Shown here in pieces: positions 48,601-58,697 of a stretch of DNA of 64,000 nucleotides. Position numbers and translations under genes: made by a program. Under the pieces are notes generated by a model. That model was not told the origin of the DNA, ran no database searches, and saw nothing but the letters and a program-made list of their open reading frames with translations. Source of the DNA: a virus; IMG/VR virus record IMGVR_UViG_3300035698_004199, positions 1 to 64,000 of that record. One strand, written 5' to 3'. Within the stretch, counting starts at the first letter, position 1, and each line of letters starts with the position of its first letter.

Positions 48601-51600
48601 TCACAACCGTTAAGTCTGCTGAAATGAAGCAGCGGCGAGCAAGAGCGCGTGTGTGGGGTTACTTCCCTAATGGTATTCCTGCGGGGATCTTCTCCAGCCC
48701 TGTGACAGCACCATGTGTGGTTGCAACACCTCTATTATTAAGAGACTTGCCTATAGACCCAGAGACAGGTTATCCAGACGCTACATTCTTTTTATCAGAA
48801 GGTGGTGACCTTGCGGATCTGGTAGCAGGGGATCCTGAGCTAGCGGTCCCTGGGTTTGCAGTAGGAGACCAGATTAGTTGGGGTAAACCAAGCGGTACGA
48901 TTGTAGGTGCTGTTTCTCCAGTTGCAGCTACTTTTTGGGGCCTTCCGAGTTATTTAGGGGTGTTTGTAAAAGCCATTCTAGACGGATGCGTTTTAACTTT
49001 TGAGGACAGTGACGGTAATGCGATAACAACACCTGAGAACTTATTAATGGGGGTGGTTCCCGCACATGATTATCCTCTGGAAGAAGGTGACTCTGTATTT
49101 GTGATACCTTCTATGGGATCAGCAGGGCTTTCGTCAACCACTTTGGCAGCTAACCCTACCTTTGAAGATCTTTCTGCGATGGCAGCACAGCTAGACTCAT
49201 TCAGATCTGGTTTTGATCTTAATGTGAAAGAGGATGGCCGCTTACTTGATATGACATTCCCATCAAGATACGATCCTTTTCCTTTTGCGATCAAAGAATT
49301 TATGGGCCAAAACCCACCGGCACCTATGTCAGCACTTGAAGGGCTTGTTGAGTTCCGCAACGATGACCAGAACCCATTATTGATACCTGCATTGATAGGT
49401 GCTTGGACAAATGACTCAGGGGACTATACAGTTCCTTATTTAAGAACAGGGAACACTGAGATAGAACGTTTTGGTGAGATTATGCTTGGGGTGTCAGAAG
49501 CCTTCAATGCACAATCAGTTGGTCCAGCACCCATTCTTGCAGTTTATCCCGATGAGATCTTAGCTGAAGATGGCGTAGTGCTTGCTTCTACAGTAGTACC
49601 TTCTGTAACAACTGATCCTGCAGCATTGTTGACAGCAGTAGACATGCTTCCGGTCCCTGATCTGGGGGTGGGTCCGATACGTTCTTATGACATGCTTCTT
49701 GTTCAGACGCCTCTATCAGGAACTTCCAAGTTTACTGAGGAGCCTGCTGGCACAGAGACTCTTGGACCCCATGGTATTTTATCTGTAGGTTCTGTAGAAG
49801 AACTTTCCCCTACAGAATGGAAAGTTGAACCGCCCCGGTTTGTAACAGCCACTAATATTAGTAGTGCTGATGCCATTAGATATAAGCTTGATAACGCCAT
49901 GGTTTTTGTAGACGGTATATACCCTCCTGACCCACAAGTAGTGCCACCACCCGGTGTGGTTATATCTGAGGGTGCTGGTTTTGGGGGTACCATATTAGAC
50001 TTTATTTCTATTACAGGCCCCTCTATAACCCTAAATGATGGTTCTTTATTCGATGTTGGTGGCCTAAATACTTTAATTGCTAATGGCGTGCCTATCACAA
50101 TTAGAATGTTCTGTAGGCCAGACCCCAACATTCTTTATGGGCCTCCTGGAGGAGTGCCAGATCCACCACCTAAGGTCGGCGGAGAAGAAGTTTTTAGGCT
50201 ACGTATCACAGGGACTACGGTTGAAACCTGGACGTACCAAGGCTTATATAATACTGTTGTTGTAGGTCCACCATGTGTGTTTCGGGCTACCCATCAGTTG
50301 TTCATCCCTGCTTTTGGGTTACTTCCTTGGGGGCCTGGTGTTGGGGCCAAAAATGAATGGTTCCTGCCTTATTCGTCAGTGGGTGCAGACCACACTATGC
50401 TTTATGGCTTAGAGTTTGCTTTTGATATTGATGCTACTGCAACAGAATCAAATAGTGCTTGGATTGATGATGACCGTTTGACTTTCCATGAAGTCTGTGA
50501 TTTGAGCTGGGCTCAAGCACGCGGAACAGTTCATAGTCTCCCTCCGAATTTAAGTCTGGAGACCCAGCTAACTGTTACGGAAGTAGAAGCAGGTAGAGAA
50601 GGTGTGACTACTTACTGGTCATCAATCAATGAAGGCATAAACGGTTACAGCGGGGCTGCTCCAATACCTTTGACTTTCATACCAGCAGCCCCCGGCGGCC
50701 CTGTAGGTGTGTTTACTCCTGTAGCTGGTGTTGTCCTAGAGCATGGTGACCTCAAGGCGGCTGCCTTTGAGGGGTACGACAACATGCCTTTGGCAGCAAC
50801 AGATGTTATTTTCTCAGGTGTACCTTCTTGTGATTATCCTACTGGGGGATCTGATAAAATTTGTGAAGGCTACGGGTTTACAGGTAGTCAGTACAACGCT
50901 TTATTAAGTACTTCGGACACTGAAAGCCTAGACAATAGACTGGCATATCCTGTTATTGCCTTAGGTGCAGGTGCAGTAAGTAGTATTGTAAAAGGTGACG
51001 TTCTTGCAATCACAGCTTCTAATGATTCAGATCATATAGCTACAGTACACGCAGGCACATATCTTGTCAGGCATGCTGTAGAAGCCACTCCAGCTACGGA
51101 TTTTTACAGGGAAGTCAGCCCACAAGCTACATTGGGACAAACTTCGGATTGGGTAAAAACGACATTCCCCGAAGTGGTAAGCTATGATCCTATCACAGAT
51201 ATAATGATAATCTCACATTTAGCACCTGCACCACAGGGGCCCTTAGTTGGAACTGTCAACTCAGGCTTTATGCCTGATACTGCGGGTGTTTCACGTCTTT
51301 ACTTTCTCAGGTCAATTCCAGACTTGAATTCTGCTGATGCAGCTACTTACCGGCGATCTATTTTAAGTGCTGAATACACAGCTATTTCAGAAGTGAGTGG
51401 CCAAGGCGTTTTCACACTAACAGACTATCAGTATGCAGATGGGACAGCGCTACCTACTACAGCAGACTTCGCTGCTTTGATAGCTGCTGGGGTGTCTGTG
51501 TCAGGGATGTCATACCTAGCAGTACAGGTTGGCGGCGATGTATATGGGCTTCCTAATAATAATTGTGTTGGCTACGATCACCCTGTTTCACCAGGCTTGG

Positions 51601-54600
51601 ATGAAACAGTGTATGGTTTTAGAAGATTGACGTTAGCACCGCAGATAGGACTGTCTACAGCAACAGCTTTGGTTTTTAGTGTGGGTGGTGCTTTTGATGG
51701 TGCCATAGCAAGAGTGGCTGCCCCGGATGTTATCATCCCAATGGCTGCTACCCCAGCTTCTGCTTATCAGTTTGTAACAGATGAGGACACTGAAGTTTAT
51801 CACTGGGTTACAAATACCTTAGACACTATAAACGTAACTCCTGATCTTTGGCGTACTTTGAACATCCCATCAGGATCTTACGGTGCTACAGTAATTTATA
51901 CTCCAGGTGTTTTTGAAGGGCCGTCATGTTTGCTTCCTGGAACACAATCAAGTCTATTGGGCCCTAGCGATATTGAATTCTTAATGGTAGCTGGCGGCGG
52001 TGGTGGTGGTGGTCGTTTAGCCGGTGGTGGCGGAGCTGGTGGTGTTCTAACAGGAAGATATGAAGTGGCACCTAGTGCATCCTATCCTATTGTAATTGGT
52101 GCTGGTGGTGCAGGTGGTGTGTCAAAGTGGAATGCTGTTCCTCTCTCAGATAAAATGGGGCATACAGGCGGTAATTCAACTGCCTTTGGTTTGACTGCTT
52201 TTGGTGGTGGTGGTGGTGCTGAGAGTCTAACTCCGGCAAACCGCGATGGCCTTGCTGGCGGCTCAGGTGGTGGCTCAGCCAACTTTGGACTTGTTGGTGT
52301 TGGTGTGGTGGGTCAAGGCTACGATGGGGGCGGCGGCGTCGTTAACTATGGTGGTGGCGGTGGTGGTGCTAGTGAAGTTGGTGGTGATTCGGGAGCAGTC
52401 TGGCATACCGCCGGAGCTGGTGGGGATGGCATAGAATCATCTATATCAGGCACTGCCACTTATTATGCAGGTGGTGGCGGTGGTGGTGTGTATGAGGGTG
52501 CTGGTAGACTTGTAGGATCCGGTGGTGCAGGTGGTGGTGGTGCAGGTGGTGAACACTATACACTCGCCACAAAAGATGCGGCGTCTGGAACAGCCAACAC
52601 AGGCGGCGGCGGTGGTGGTGCAGGGTATAACAACCCTTTTCAAGCTAGTGAGAATAATGAAGTTGGTGGTGCTGGTGGTTCGGGAATTGTTATAGTCCGC
52701 TATCTGGGTGTCCCGCGTGCAACTGGTGGCCTTATCGTAACTGCTGGTGGCTATACTACACATACTTTTCTAGCGAATGGTACTTTTGCTGTAGATCCCA
52801 TTGCTGCTGCAGTGGAAAATGGTTTTTGGGCACAGTCTGGTGTTTTCCTAGAGCCTTCATATCCAAGGACGCCTCTGAATCTAACCCCAGCAGTCAGTCA
52901 TGAAAGAGTGGTAGACGCAGACCATGACCTTACAGACCCTACAGGGGTTTCAGACTTAGAACGTGAGACAGGAATGCGAGACAGTGACACTTACAGAGTG
53001 AGCGGCTCCGTAGCTGATGTGCCTGAAGAAGCACAGTTCTCTGTAAGGCGCATTCGTCGGTTCCATGATGTTGGGCTGCCAAGTGATAACTTAATGCCCC
53101 TAAGGTACGCCTATGAAATCCGAAGAGGTATTATCACAGATCTGACAGTACTACCTAGTTCTGGGAATAAAATAGAAGCCAGAAGTTTCACCATGAACTG
53201 GGAGGCTATTAAACCAGCCTTGGCCCCCAAAGCCAATGATGTTTGGAATGATGGCATCACTTATCAAGGCACTAATTTAGGAGACTTCTTAGATGTTGAT
53301 GTAAATGTCCACCCTGGAGATCTTTTCCGGTTGCTGGACTCTAATGGCAACTGTTTGGAAGAAGTTCCTATCCAGGCAGTAGCAGGCCGTGATACTTTAA
53401 TTCTAGCAGCCCCGGGTCTCCAGTGGTATAACACAGCCTTGGGAGACATCCGTTTTGAAATCTGGTTGCGTAGAGCCCCAGTGCCACATGAACAGTCTAA
53501 TGAGCAGCTTCTATCCTTAGTAATGGATAGAGAAGTGCTCCGCACAGATGCAACTTGGGGTGCTGCCACAGAAAGTGGGGGTTATGCTTCAGTAGTTAAT
53601 CAACTCTCAGACGACACGCTTACAGAATCTTTTGCTGTTTCGGGTGTTAGGGTGGGCGATATTGTTATTGTAGATCCCATAGGAGATATCCCACAAGATA
53701 TAGCAGGCTTGCCTACTGCTTTGGAACACAGTTCCAGACCTTTGGGGGATGATGCTGTAGTGGAAAGAAACGTTGCGGGGGTTTATGTTGCGGGTGGCCC
53801 AAGTTCTCTTGATGACAACAGAGGCTTCTATAGAGTAACAGGACTTAATGATGCTGCTCCCACACCTTATATAGAGGTTGATCCTGTAAACACTTATGCA
53901 GGTGACACAACCTCGCCCGTAGTTTTTGCTCAAACAGATCCAGATCGTGCTTATGCTGTTTACCCAACTATTCATGGTTCCGCTCTTACTACAGGTGAGG
54001 AAGGACAGATGGACCTAAGGCCTACAGAAGCCCGCAACCCTGCAGACGGCAGTTTTAAGACCAACTCCTTAGGTGTAAGTGTTAAGTCCATTGGACCTTT
54101 TTCCTATAAGGTTTATAGGCCTTCTGCGGTATTCTCAGATGAGACTATTGATCTTATTTTGATGACTCGGGAACGCACACTATCTCTTATAGACTTGATT
54201 CGGAATACAGAACGGAACAAGAGCGGCAGCTACTTTGTTTTCCAGCGGGATACCCATCTTTATGAACTGGGTGATTCAACAAATCCAGATGTGGGTTTGG
54301 GTTTTGCTTCAAATGCTTTCCTGAGAAGCATAGTAGGCAGGGTAGACATTATGCCCTATGCAAATACATCAAGCTGCTTGTCCTTATTGGATCGTCGTTT
54401 TTGGATTCTGGACACACAATTAGATTCTCTTACTTTTGATTCAGGTTTGAAAATGAAACGCTTGGGGCCAGGTGAAACTCCTTATACAGAGTACAGCACT
54501 GCAATTGGTGGTGTGGTTAGACCGGTGCTGCCTGATTTAGTAGACGAAGTTCTTGATCAGACAGAAAGACTTCGTGCGGTAAGATATGTATGGCTAGCCT

Positions 54601-54722
54601 ATAGAACACATACAGTGTTAGGTACATTAGCTGCTTTGAATACTTATGACCAGGAACTGCCCAAAAGGATAAAAGATCAAAAGGATTTTTTATTGAAACA
54701 GGCAGTCTTGGAAGGAGTCTAA
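42648..54722 (+). CDS. Giant (4024 aa) virion/baseplate-associated protein
   Basis: 12-kb open frame within baseplate cluster; acidic beta-rich modules; glycine-rich domain near 51965-52800. Confidence 0.75.
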   Translation: MGFDFPGYVLRSINIASSNATDSGEPDTGVVRDPRPVPPSYTLDSKSVPPLGAPPAFVDPFADQYRAAVLDAPGTTPQEYLVWAQNTGSLALIEDPDWWLECGTGKFSEGTLTVIDALAQPEDPAIEDGADRVIVSDDGNRSLGRITHLVVARGDVAYDDGGWVNQNIPSFGRKGGEPYLVLDIAIEDQNPVSGVVALTDAQLTSLGGGLSHLRGDRIITVRYTIASIRFWWTRNDRYETRFGWNQSTRRWEPYKGSTVKNLGTILFDQTYQLEPKIRNLPWGAYLPGDSLVPDSYSMVRVGTTPGAGSTPLDNIQVRLDSEIADFDFSSHTTLNGVLGQTTGILKLSPTFVKLNAGSSIWYAPKSFTQKADGIVGGMRLADASPLYIAPIPGPTDRPIIQFGNRAPLTVILMDTDALVTLAAPASGTVLVSLSTGRLRFCPTDLDVAVPTSTLFSKHYLGEQVFYNGVSLNQEPQPTKLPAYLLNSMGGQGTASIDTILYIPDAVGLPLDLAQDRKGLGISGIIDAPDGTGALPAREGVDACIRPGGDTVGALATGRVRQIPDDVGDTILFSRAGAIETIQEVDLASDIATVIGKRKSPAKGTAIVAREKSTYGSAVLLSKKDRQQIGDESVYFVQATLTPAVYTEEAKIYSRNRDIFRFDGTETIYFAIDGDAFTWNPAALLIALPSQDYYTAEEVALSIQNDTTPPLPASSCVAQSGRIVLIGAADVEIGFGTNQMKDLSGCAVLGFLPGWQAHVGSGNWLPDSGAAVGLYRSPLNVNRENSTPDYAATARIEDLLLDSDIQANPYYFLSQKPLQDIAGFDENIFFALQAIVTDGDTTTIINRPLQHFEDIVHRFGQGKFDWIAGQAVAEALDKTTTTLNFGVPSLVEESFLGVSSIAAGLYISSDGGAFSFQDPDSDFIMPNSGLSGTATLIERFGQLLGSGAQGFVAEGLNTLLDATAHFQSGAHFQQTLKEGCRVKILSGDNAGSYLVTAILSETTLTVDIPFQTSNFLPLQWEIYEGYPDSAYDPALIADVSFKEFNHIQDEPFKIRMLQDTGIVPVSVSAQSADRLIADVTEAQNRPVGLRFGLVAPTAAVTATLSYLTKVKLGLLANGTLIVPDTSSLRFAGGFFSIQIGTQNFVPVGVTSFSSNPVTVEYLTQDDPSAASFTPKGSLKFSSTLLSTQAASQVYYVEDFLDPALLAANTAEYRDNGQINLSSADIALFAGTKLYFVQQMVTEGKKDVAISPMLGAFSFNGPVPKNSVIEAEYWRADMEGRKTGDMVTETLPVFIRREVTTLDSPRVYKFNTIGYNIDQRIIPSVWIGATLQNFGSEDCVVDYPASWNGSGRITFLKTVDATVVQVNYAVFEAQGGERAFEASQKNIYRPPFFIKANQSQFGLRGDRTGEFQVGQMLRFGEDCFYIKSLLYYPATATGGDITAVGIYPPTITEEGSRSPGNDVLALITDRPVTPIIDPDGTSPIATTAATGFFSTIDLDTFPFESVSRGQKVIVFQGNLLSFAVAGHLLELGGCPYTIASAELTTDGAKTKVTVTGGFLKGFAVGDNPTVLMSYRPVYPPETRDFLGVGPVLDSEPVEVVLFGETDVTGTALPGRTLIPEVEYKLDYDSGVVQLLAPVQEPFDVDQKLLLSFTRLRSLQPYMQNQVLVTPRYWADFYYAKAPDVENGILGGSLVGTYTYYSPDSFYFRAVKLTQYMGEVAQDAIKEIQSKQVAGGASLISAGGTANWEQGRMGLRAVGKNLLDIDRAARSFLEFYNQSVESFEQILETISGGFIGDTDGKFRFWIGHDREYPTPGYDDAIAGILQHRLVWNDVFNADLEDPIFCQTGDWLVKPKSADITDAQISGVFIPVDQLETLKTQQRGLIWNDIDDTVLTQMGKPVIKRLPYGLYIALKAKGVYKQMGESHDLSRLFPTQSEAFLRLYPGAGADIDTGTNTGTYTYGRVVDNAWAKTTNQQIGQLGNPVLGDITTVKSAEMKQRRARARVWGYFPNGIPAGIFSSPVTAPCVVATPLLLRDLPIDPETGYPDATFFLSEGGDLADLVAGDPELAVPGFAVGDQISWGKPSGTIVGAVSPVAATFWGLPSYLGVFVKAILDGCVLTFEDSDGNAITTPENLLMGVVPAHDYPLEEGDSVFVIPSMGSAGLSSTTLAANPTFEDLSAMAAQLDSFRSGFDLNVKEDGRLLDMTFPSRYDPFPFAIKEFMGQNPPAPMSALEGLVEFRNDDQNPLLIPALIGAWTNDSGDYTVPYLRTGNTEIERFGEIMLGVSEAFNAQSVGPAPILAVYPDEILAEDGVVLASTVVPSVTTDPAALLTAVDMLPVPDLGVGPIRSYDMLLVQTPLSGTSKFTEEPAGTETLGPHGILSVGSVEELSPTEWKVEPPRFVTATNISSADAIRYKLDNAMVFVDGIYPPDPQVVPPPGVVISEGAGFGGTILDFISITGPSITLNDGSLFDVGGLNTLIANGVPITIRMFCRPDPNILYGPPGGVPDPPPKVGGEEVFRLRITGTTVETWTYQGLYNTVVVGPPCVFRATHQLFIPAFGLLPWGPGVGAKNEWFLPYSSVGADHTMLYGLEFAFDIDATATESNSAWIDDDRLTFHEVCDLSWAQARGTVHSLPPNLSLETQLTVTEVEAGREGVTTYWSSINEGINGYSGAAPIPLTFIPAAPGGPVGVFTPVAGVVLEHGDLKAAAFEGYDNMPLAATDVIFSGVPSCDYPTGGSDKICEGYGFTGSQYNALLSTSDTESLDNRLAYPVIALGAGAVSSIVKGDVLAITASNDSDHIATVHAGTYLVRHAVEATPATDFYREVSPQATLGQTSDWVKTTFPEVVSYDPITDIMIISHLAPAPQGPLVGTVNSGFMPDTAGVSRLYFLRSIPDLNSADAATYRRSILSAEYTAISEVSGQGVFTLTDYQYADGTALPTTADFAALIAAGVSVSGMSYLAVQVGGDVYGLPNNNCVGYDHPVSPGLDETVYGFRRLTLAPQIGLSTATALVFSVGGAFDGAIARVAAPDVIIPMAATPASAYQFVTDEDTEVYHWVTNTLDTINVTPDLWRTLNIPSGSYGATVIYTPGVFEGPSCLLPGTQSSLLGPSDIEFLMVAGGGGGGGRLAGGGGAGGVLTGRYEVAPSASYPIVIGAGGAGGVSKWNAVPLSDKMGHTGGNSTAFGLTAFGGGGGAESLTPANRDGLAGGSGGGSANFGLVGVGVVGQGYDGGGGVVNYGGGGGGASEVGGDSGAVWHTAGAGGDGIESSISGTATYYAGGGGGGVYEGAGRLVGSGGAGGGGAGGEHYTLATKDAASGTANTGGGGGGAGYNNPFQASENNEVGGAGGSGIVIVRYLGVPRATGGLIVTAGGYTTHTFLANGTFAVDPIAAAVENGFWAQSGVFLEPSYPRTPLNLTPAVSHERVVDADHDLTDPTGVSDLERETGMRDSDTYRVSGSVADVPEEAQFSVRRIRRFHDVGLPSDNLMPLRYAYEIRRGIITDLTVLPSSGNKIEARSFTMNWEAIKPALAPKANDVWNDGITYQGTNLGDFLDVDVNVHPGDLFRLLDSNGNCLEEVPIQAVAGRDTLILAAPGLQWYNTALGDIRFEIWLRRAPVPHEQSNEQLLSLVMDREVLRTDATWGAATESGGYASVVNQLSDDTLTESFAVSGVRVGDIVIVDPIGDIPQDIAGLPTALEHSSRPLGDDAVVERNVAGVYVAGGPSSLDDNRGFYRVTGLNDAAPTPYIEVDPVNTYAGDTTSPVVFAQTDPDRAYAVYPTIHGSALTTGEEGQMDLRPTEARNPADGSFKTNSLGVSVKSIGPFSYKVYRPSAVFSDETIDLILMTRERTLSLIDLIRNTERNKSGSYFVFQRDTHLYELGDSTNPDVGLGFASNAFLRSIVGRVDIMPYANTSSCLSLLDRRFWILDTQLDSLTFDSGLKMKRLGPGETPYTEYSTAIGGVVRPVLPDLVDEVLDQTERLRAVRYVWLAYRTHTVLGTLAALNTYDQELPKRIKDQKDFLLKQAVLEGV

Positions 54723-54723
54723 A

Positions 54724-54942
54724 ATGAAAACAGTAGAAGAATTGATAGCTGAAGCGGGCTTGCAAATTAATACTTGGGGTGAGATCCCTGAACACACAGC
54801 ATCTTTGGAGCCTATGGCAGACTATCAGTCTTCGTTAAATAAGCTAAAGGACTTGTTAGAGGGCTTGATAGCACAAGATCAGGTGGCAGTAGCAAGGTTG
54901 CAAGAACAGATGGCTAAACTCAAATATGGTGGGGGGTCATAA
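54724..54942 (+). CDS. Small coiled-coil protein
   Basis: GGAG RBS; coupled to next gene. Confidence 0.65.
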   Translation: MKTVEELIAEAGLQINTWGEIPEHTASLEPMADYQSSLNKLKDLLEGLIAQDQVAVARLQEQMAKLKYGGGS

Positions 54943-57806
54943 TGGCTGATTCTTGGGGCACAATCACATTTGAGATTCCAGACTTTCTGGAATCTGCCAG
55001 GGATAAGATCAATAACATTGCTGAGTTCCTAGTGGCTGTGTTAGACATTGCTTTGCTAGCTCTTAATTTTGTAAAGACTTTTCTTACAGGGTTCCTGGAT
55101 CCTATTGCAGGGTTAGTAGCAGCACTAGTGGAAGAACTTAACAAGCTGTTGCGGGACTTGCGGCAACTGGGTATGTATTTAGCGGGTGACTGGAAGCTAT
55201 TATCAGAGCCTAAAAATCTGGTAGGAGGCTTTCCTGCTTACGAAAAAAGGATGATTGCAAGATTAACAGACCGAACAGATCCAAGTAGGCCGGATGTATC
55301 AGCAGCAACTTCTGTGTACAGCTTGTTCCTCTATACCTCAGTAGACCTTTCAGAGTATAGAAGGCTGGTTGAGGCCATTCGACAGATACTAGCCTTCCTT
55401 AAACAGGTTCCTAATTTGAGTAGCGGTTTTCAGACCCCGTATATTACTGAGGTGTCTTACGGGGCTTCTGCTGCAAGTGTAGCAGACTTTGATCAGCTGG
55501 GAAAGTTCTTTGACAGCAGCCCACAAGCCCCTGCAGTAGCTTTAGTAAAATGGAAAATTGACTCAGGGCGTCAAGACGAGCCTTTCTTTCCAGGCTTTGC
55601 AGTACCTCCGGGTGGTTTTGTAGTAACAGTATCAACAATTTCAGATGGGATCCCAATTGTTTATGATAGGCCTAGAGAGGGAGACACACTACAAGCAAAA
55701 GGTTCGTCTGATGTAGTAGCACAACCCAGGGAGTACGGACCTGTTAGATTGAGTACCGGCCAGCCCTTCATACTGCATGGTGGGGACTCAATGTTAGACA
55801 CCATCCCTACAGAGTTTACATACAACAATGGCATAGATGATGGAGTCTTGAAAGACGGAATCTCCAGGATTTACGGGACTGTAGGCCGTGTCTCAAGGCA
55901 GGTTCCTATAGAACAACTTAAAGCTGGTGACACCTATTTGTTGCAGCGTGCCTTTTATGTTTCTCCAGAAGCCGTGGGTATGGCTTTTATGACAGGGGAA
56001 TACTCAATACTGTTAGATGGTACAGACATGCCACACGATGCTCATGTAGACGTACAAGCAGACGGCACCTTGAAAATAATTGATGACGGGCCTGCTGCAA
56101 ATCTATATGTTCGGGTGGCATCCTGTAAAAAACTTGTATCCGAAAAAGAAGCCTTTAAGTATAAACTTTCCAAAGCCACTTTGAAGGTTACGGGGCAGCC
56201 AGTTGAAGTAGGTACACTAGACCCAACTGTTAATGGTGCAATTACAGATATCGGTGCTTTTTCTGTACCCCAGCAGGTGGTTTTCCCGAATGCTAACACA
56301 AAAAAGTACATGGAGGCTCTTAAGATAGCTCTGCTGGTGTTAGTGCTGAGTCGCCCTGACCTAAAACCTTTGGACTCACTACAGAGCACTCTTTCTGAAG
56401 ATATTTATGAAAAAATACAGAGTAACAAACTTATTGTTGAAGGTGTAGCTTTAGAGCGTTGCGGTTTGGAAGATTTGCAGCACTTGACTGGGATAGTTTA
56501 TGACCAGAAGGTTACTTATCAAAAAGCAATGGCTTTGTTTGAAACTTCTCCGTTGGACTTCAGAACTGATTTGTTGCAACGCATTGAGATAGCAGCTCAC
56601 GATATTTACACGAAAACAGGACCAAGACCAGAAATTGAGGCTTTTGTTGTGCAGAGTACCGAGAGGCTTAGGAATGCCACTTGGTTAAATGTTTTAGATG
56701 CTACCCATATCACTTATGGGATTGGTTATGAAGAAGCTGATCAGTTAGATCAAACACTATGGGAATCCTTGTCCGTTAATAATATTTTAGTAGGTGTTGC
56801 CAGGAATCCCTTGTGTGCTGTGGGACAAGAGGAACAGGGGCGTGCTGTTATGTGGAATGCCCGTATTACTGAGGACCGCCTTCCGCAGATGCAATCAGGT
56901 CTATTGGACGCTACAGATCCTGCTTGGACTGCTGCTACTGCGACATGGTTGGTTCCTGCTGATGAGGCAGAGGCTTTTCTAAGCGAGTGCCCTACAGGGT
57001 TAAAACCTATTTTTGAGAAAAGTCGCCAATTGGATGGAAGCATTCAAGTCAGTCCCGAGCTTCAAAACACTTTGGGTAGGTATTCTATACAAAATAAAGT
57101 TATAGGGTCAGCAGACATGTCTCCGGTTTTGTTTTTCGGGCCTAGACTTGATTTATCTCCCCAAAAGATCCTTTACTGTAGGTCCCTGTTTGCAAACTTT
57201 GAAGATGGTATTCTATTCCAGGAAGCAGCTATCGCTTTGCAGATTGCAGGGGCCGCTATTCGTAGATCCCTGAAGGACGGTGAATGGCTCTATGTTAGGT
57301 TTTTTGATTCCTTTTCCAACATAGAAGACTTCCTAGCTATGATAGCTAACTGGGTAGAGGCCCTACAGAAGTCACTTCAATCTATTGTAGACACCATAAA
57401 AAAGTATATTGAGTTTCTACAGGCCCGTATTGTGGAACTACAGCAGCTTATCAGACGTATCAATGCGTTATTACAAAACATGCTGGGCTTTGCTTTTCAG
57501 ATCCCAAAGATGTCTGCCTTGGTGCTTCTAAACTCACATGGTACTGACGGTGTGCTTCGGGATTTGATCTCTGCCCAGAACAAACCTATGGACTCACCGC
57601 TTGCTTATGGTGGAGGGGTTACTATGGTAGTGCCACTAATGCCTGCCATTATCCCGGCTGCCTTGCCTTTTCTACAGGCTTTAATAGTACCTCAATCTGG
57701 ATCTCCACTTCCAGGTGAAACGATGGCAGCAGACTCATCTCAATTAGTGGGTATTACGGGGGTGCCTGTTGTACCTCCTGTCTCACCTGAACCGGATGTT
57801 TTGTAA
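54942..57806 (+). CDS. Hypothetical virion-associated protein with amphipathic helical ends
   Basis: 954-aa ORF; helical N- and C-terminal segments. Confidence 0.65.
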   Translation: MADSWGTITFEIPDFLESARDKINNIAEFLVAVLDIALLALNFVKTFLTGFLDPIAGLVAALVEELNKLLRDLRQLGMYLAGDWKLLSEPKNLVGGFPAYEKRMIARLTDRTDPSRPDVSAATSVYSLFLYTSVDLSEYRRLVEAIRQILAFLKQVPNLSSGFQTPYITEVSYGASAASVADFDQLGKFFDSSPQAPAVALVKWKIDSGRQDEPFFPGFAVPPGGFVVTVSTISDGIPIVYDRPREGDTLQAKGSSDVVAQPREYGPVRLSTGQPFILHGGDSMLDTIPTEFTYNNGIDDGVLKDGISRIYGTVGRVSRQVPIEQLKAGDTYLLQRAFYVSPEAVGMAFMTGEYSILLDGTDMPHDAHVDVQADGTLKIIDDGPAANLYVRVASCKKLVSEKEAFKYKLSKATLKVTGQPVEVGTLDPTVNGAITDIGAFSVPQQVVFPNANTKKYMEALKIALLVLVLSRPDLKPLDSLQSTLSEDIYEKIQSNKLIVEGVALERCGLEDLQHLTGIVYDQKVTYQKAMALFETSPLDFRTDLLQRIEIAAHDIYTKTGPRPEIEAFVVQSTERLRNATWLNVLDATHITYGIGYEEADQLDQTLWESLSVNNILVGVARNPLCAVGQEEQGRAVMWNARITEDRLPQMQSGLLDATDPAWTAATATWLVPADEAEAFLSECPTGLKPIFEKSRQLDGSIQVSPELQNTLGRYSIQNKVIGSADMSPVLFFGPRLDLSPQKILYCRSLFANFEDGILFQEAAIALQIAGAAIRRSLKDGEWLYVRFFDSFSNIEDFLAMIANWVEALQKSLQSIVDTIKKYIEFLQARIVELQQLIRRINALLQNMLGFAFQIPKMSALVLLNSHGTDGVLRDLISAQNKPMDSPLAYGGGVTMVVPLMPAIIPAALPFLQALIVPQSGSPLPGETMAADSSQLVGITGVPVVPPVSPEPDVL

Positions 57807-57818
57807 CGGAGAATTACT

Positions 57819-58697
57819 ATGGCTACTTTTGCAAAACTAGGTGTTTGGCCTATAGGTTACTTCAGAGCCTTCTCAAGTTGGCTCCTTAAAAACCGTAGGG
57901 ACGTTGCCCGAAGGATCGCAGTACTCAATGCTGAGATTGAAAGAATAGGTTTTATTCGTGTGGAGTATGCCACATCTGAAGATGGTACTAAAAGAACAGA
58001 ACAGCGAGTGGGTCTATCTGTAACACACAGCTCATCACTAGGCAAGTTATTGCGTGCTTACATAGCGAATGGTGGGGACCCTCTGGCCATTTCACCCTTT
58101 ATGTATCCTGAAACAACTGAGTTGTTTGGGGGTAGCACAGAAACAGATGCAGAATCAATTGAAGACTATCCTCATGGGGGCATAATAGCACCTATCACAG
58201 CGGCCCCTAATGAACCTCTGTCCTCTGATGTGGCTACTGGGTATGAAGGGCACCCCGGGGGCTTTGTTCGCTCAGACGGCTATTACCCAGCCCGTCAAGG
58301 GGGGCGTATCAGTCCAGGAGCTTATGACCATGATGCTATTGTAAAAACCATGCACCAGATGCGTAGCTGGGCAAACCAAGATATGAAGGAACGCCTACAA
58401 GATTTAGAATGGCGTATCATCAAACTATGTGATCTGCGTGAGCAGTTGACCAAGGAACGGGATGAAACTTTAGTACAAGCGTTTGGGGATGCTCTAGATG
58501 GTGTGGCACCTTTTGATGAAACACGCTTTGACAGAGATTATATGATACAGAACTTAATACAGGAAATGTATATCTTATTGTACGACACGGATGCTTCAGG
58601 CGCAACAACCTTTGCTGTCCGCCCAGAAGCAGCACTGCTTGAATTCACCTTCCCGGACAGACCCTCTGAAGTGGGCAGGGATATGCTTGGTGGTTAG
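57819..58697 (+). CDS. Hypothetical protein
   Basis: GGAG RBS; 292 aa. Confidence 0.7.
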   Translation: MATFAKLGVWPIGYFRAFSSWLLKNRRDVARRIAVLNAEIERIGFIRVEYATSEDGTKRTEQRVGLSVTHSSSLGKLLRAYIANGGDPLAISPFMYPETTELFGGSTETDAESIEDYPHGGIIAPITAAPNEPLSSDVATGYEGHPGGFVRSDGYYPARQGGRISPGAYDHDAIVKTMHQMRSWANQDMKERLQDLEWRIIKLCDLREQLTKERDETLVQAFGDALDGVAPFDETRFDRDYMIQNLIQEMYILLYDTDASGATTFAVRPEAALLEFTFPDRPSEVGRDMLGG

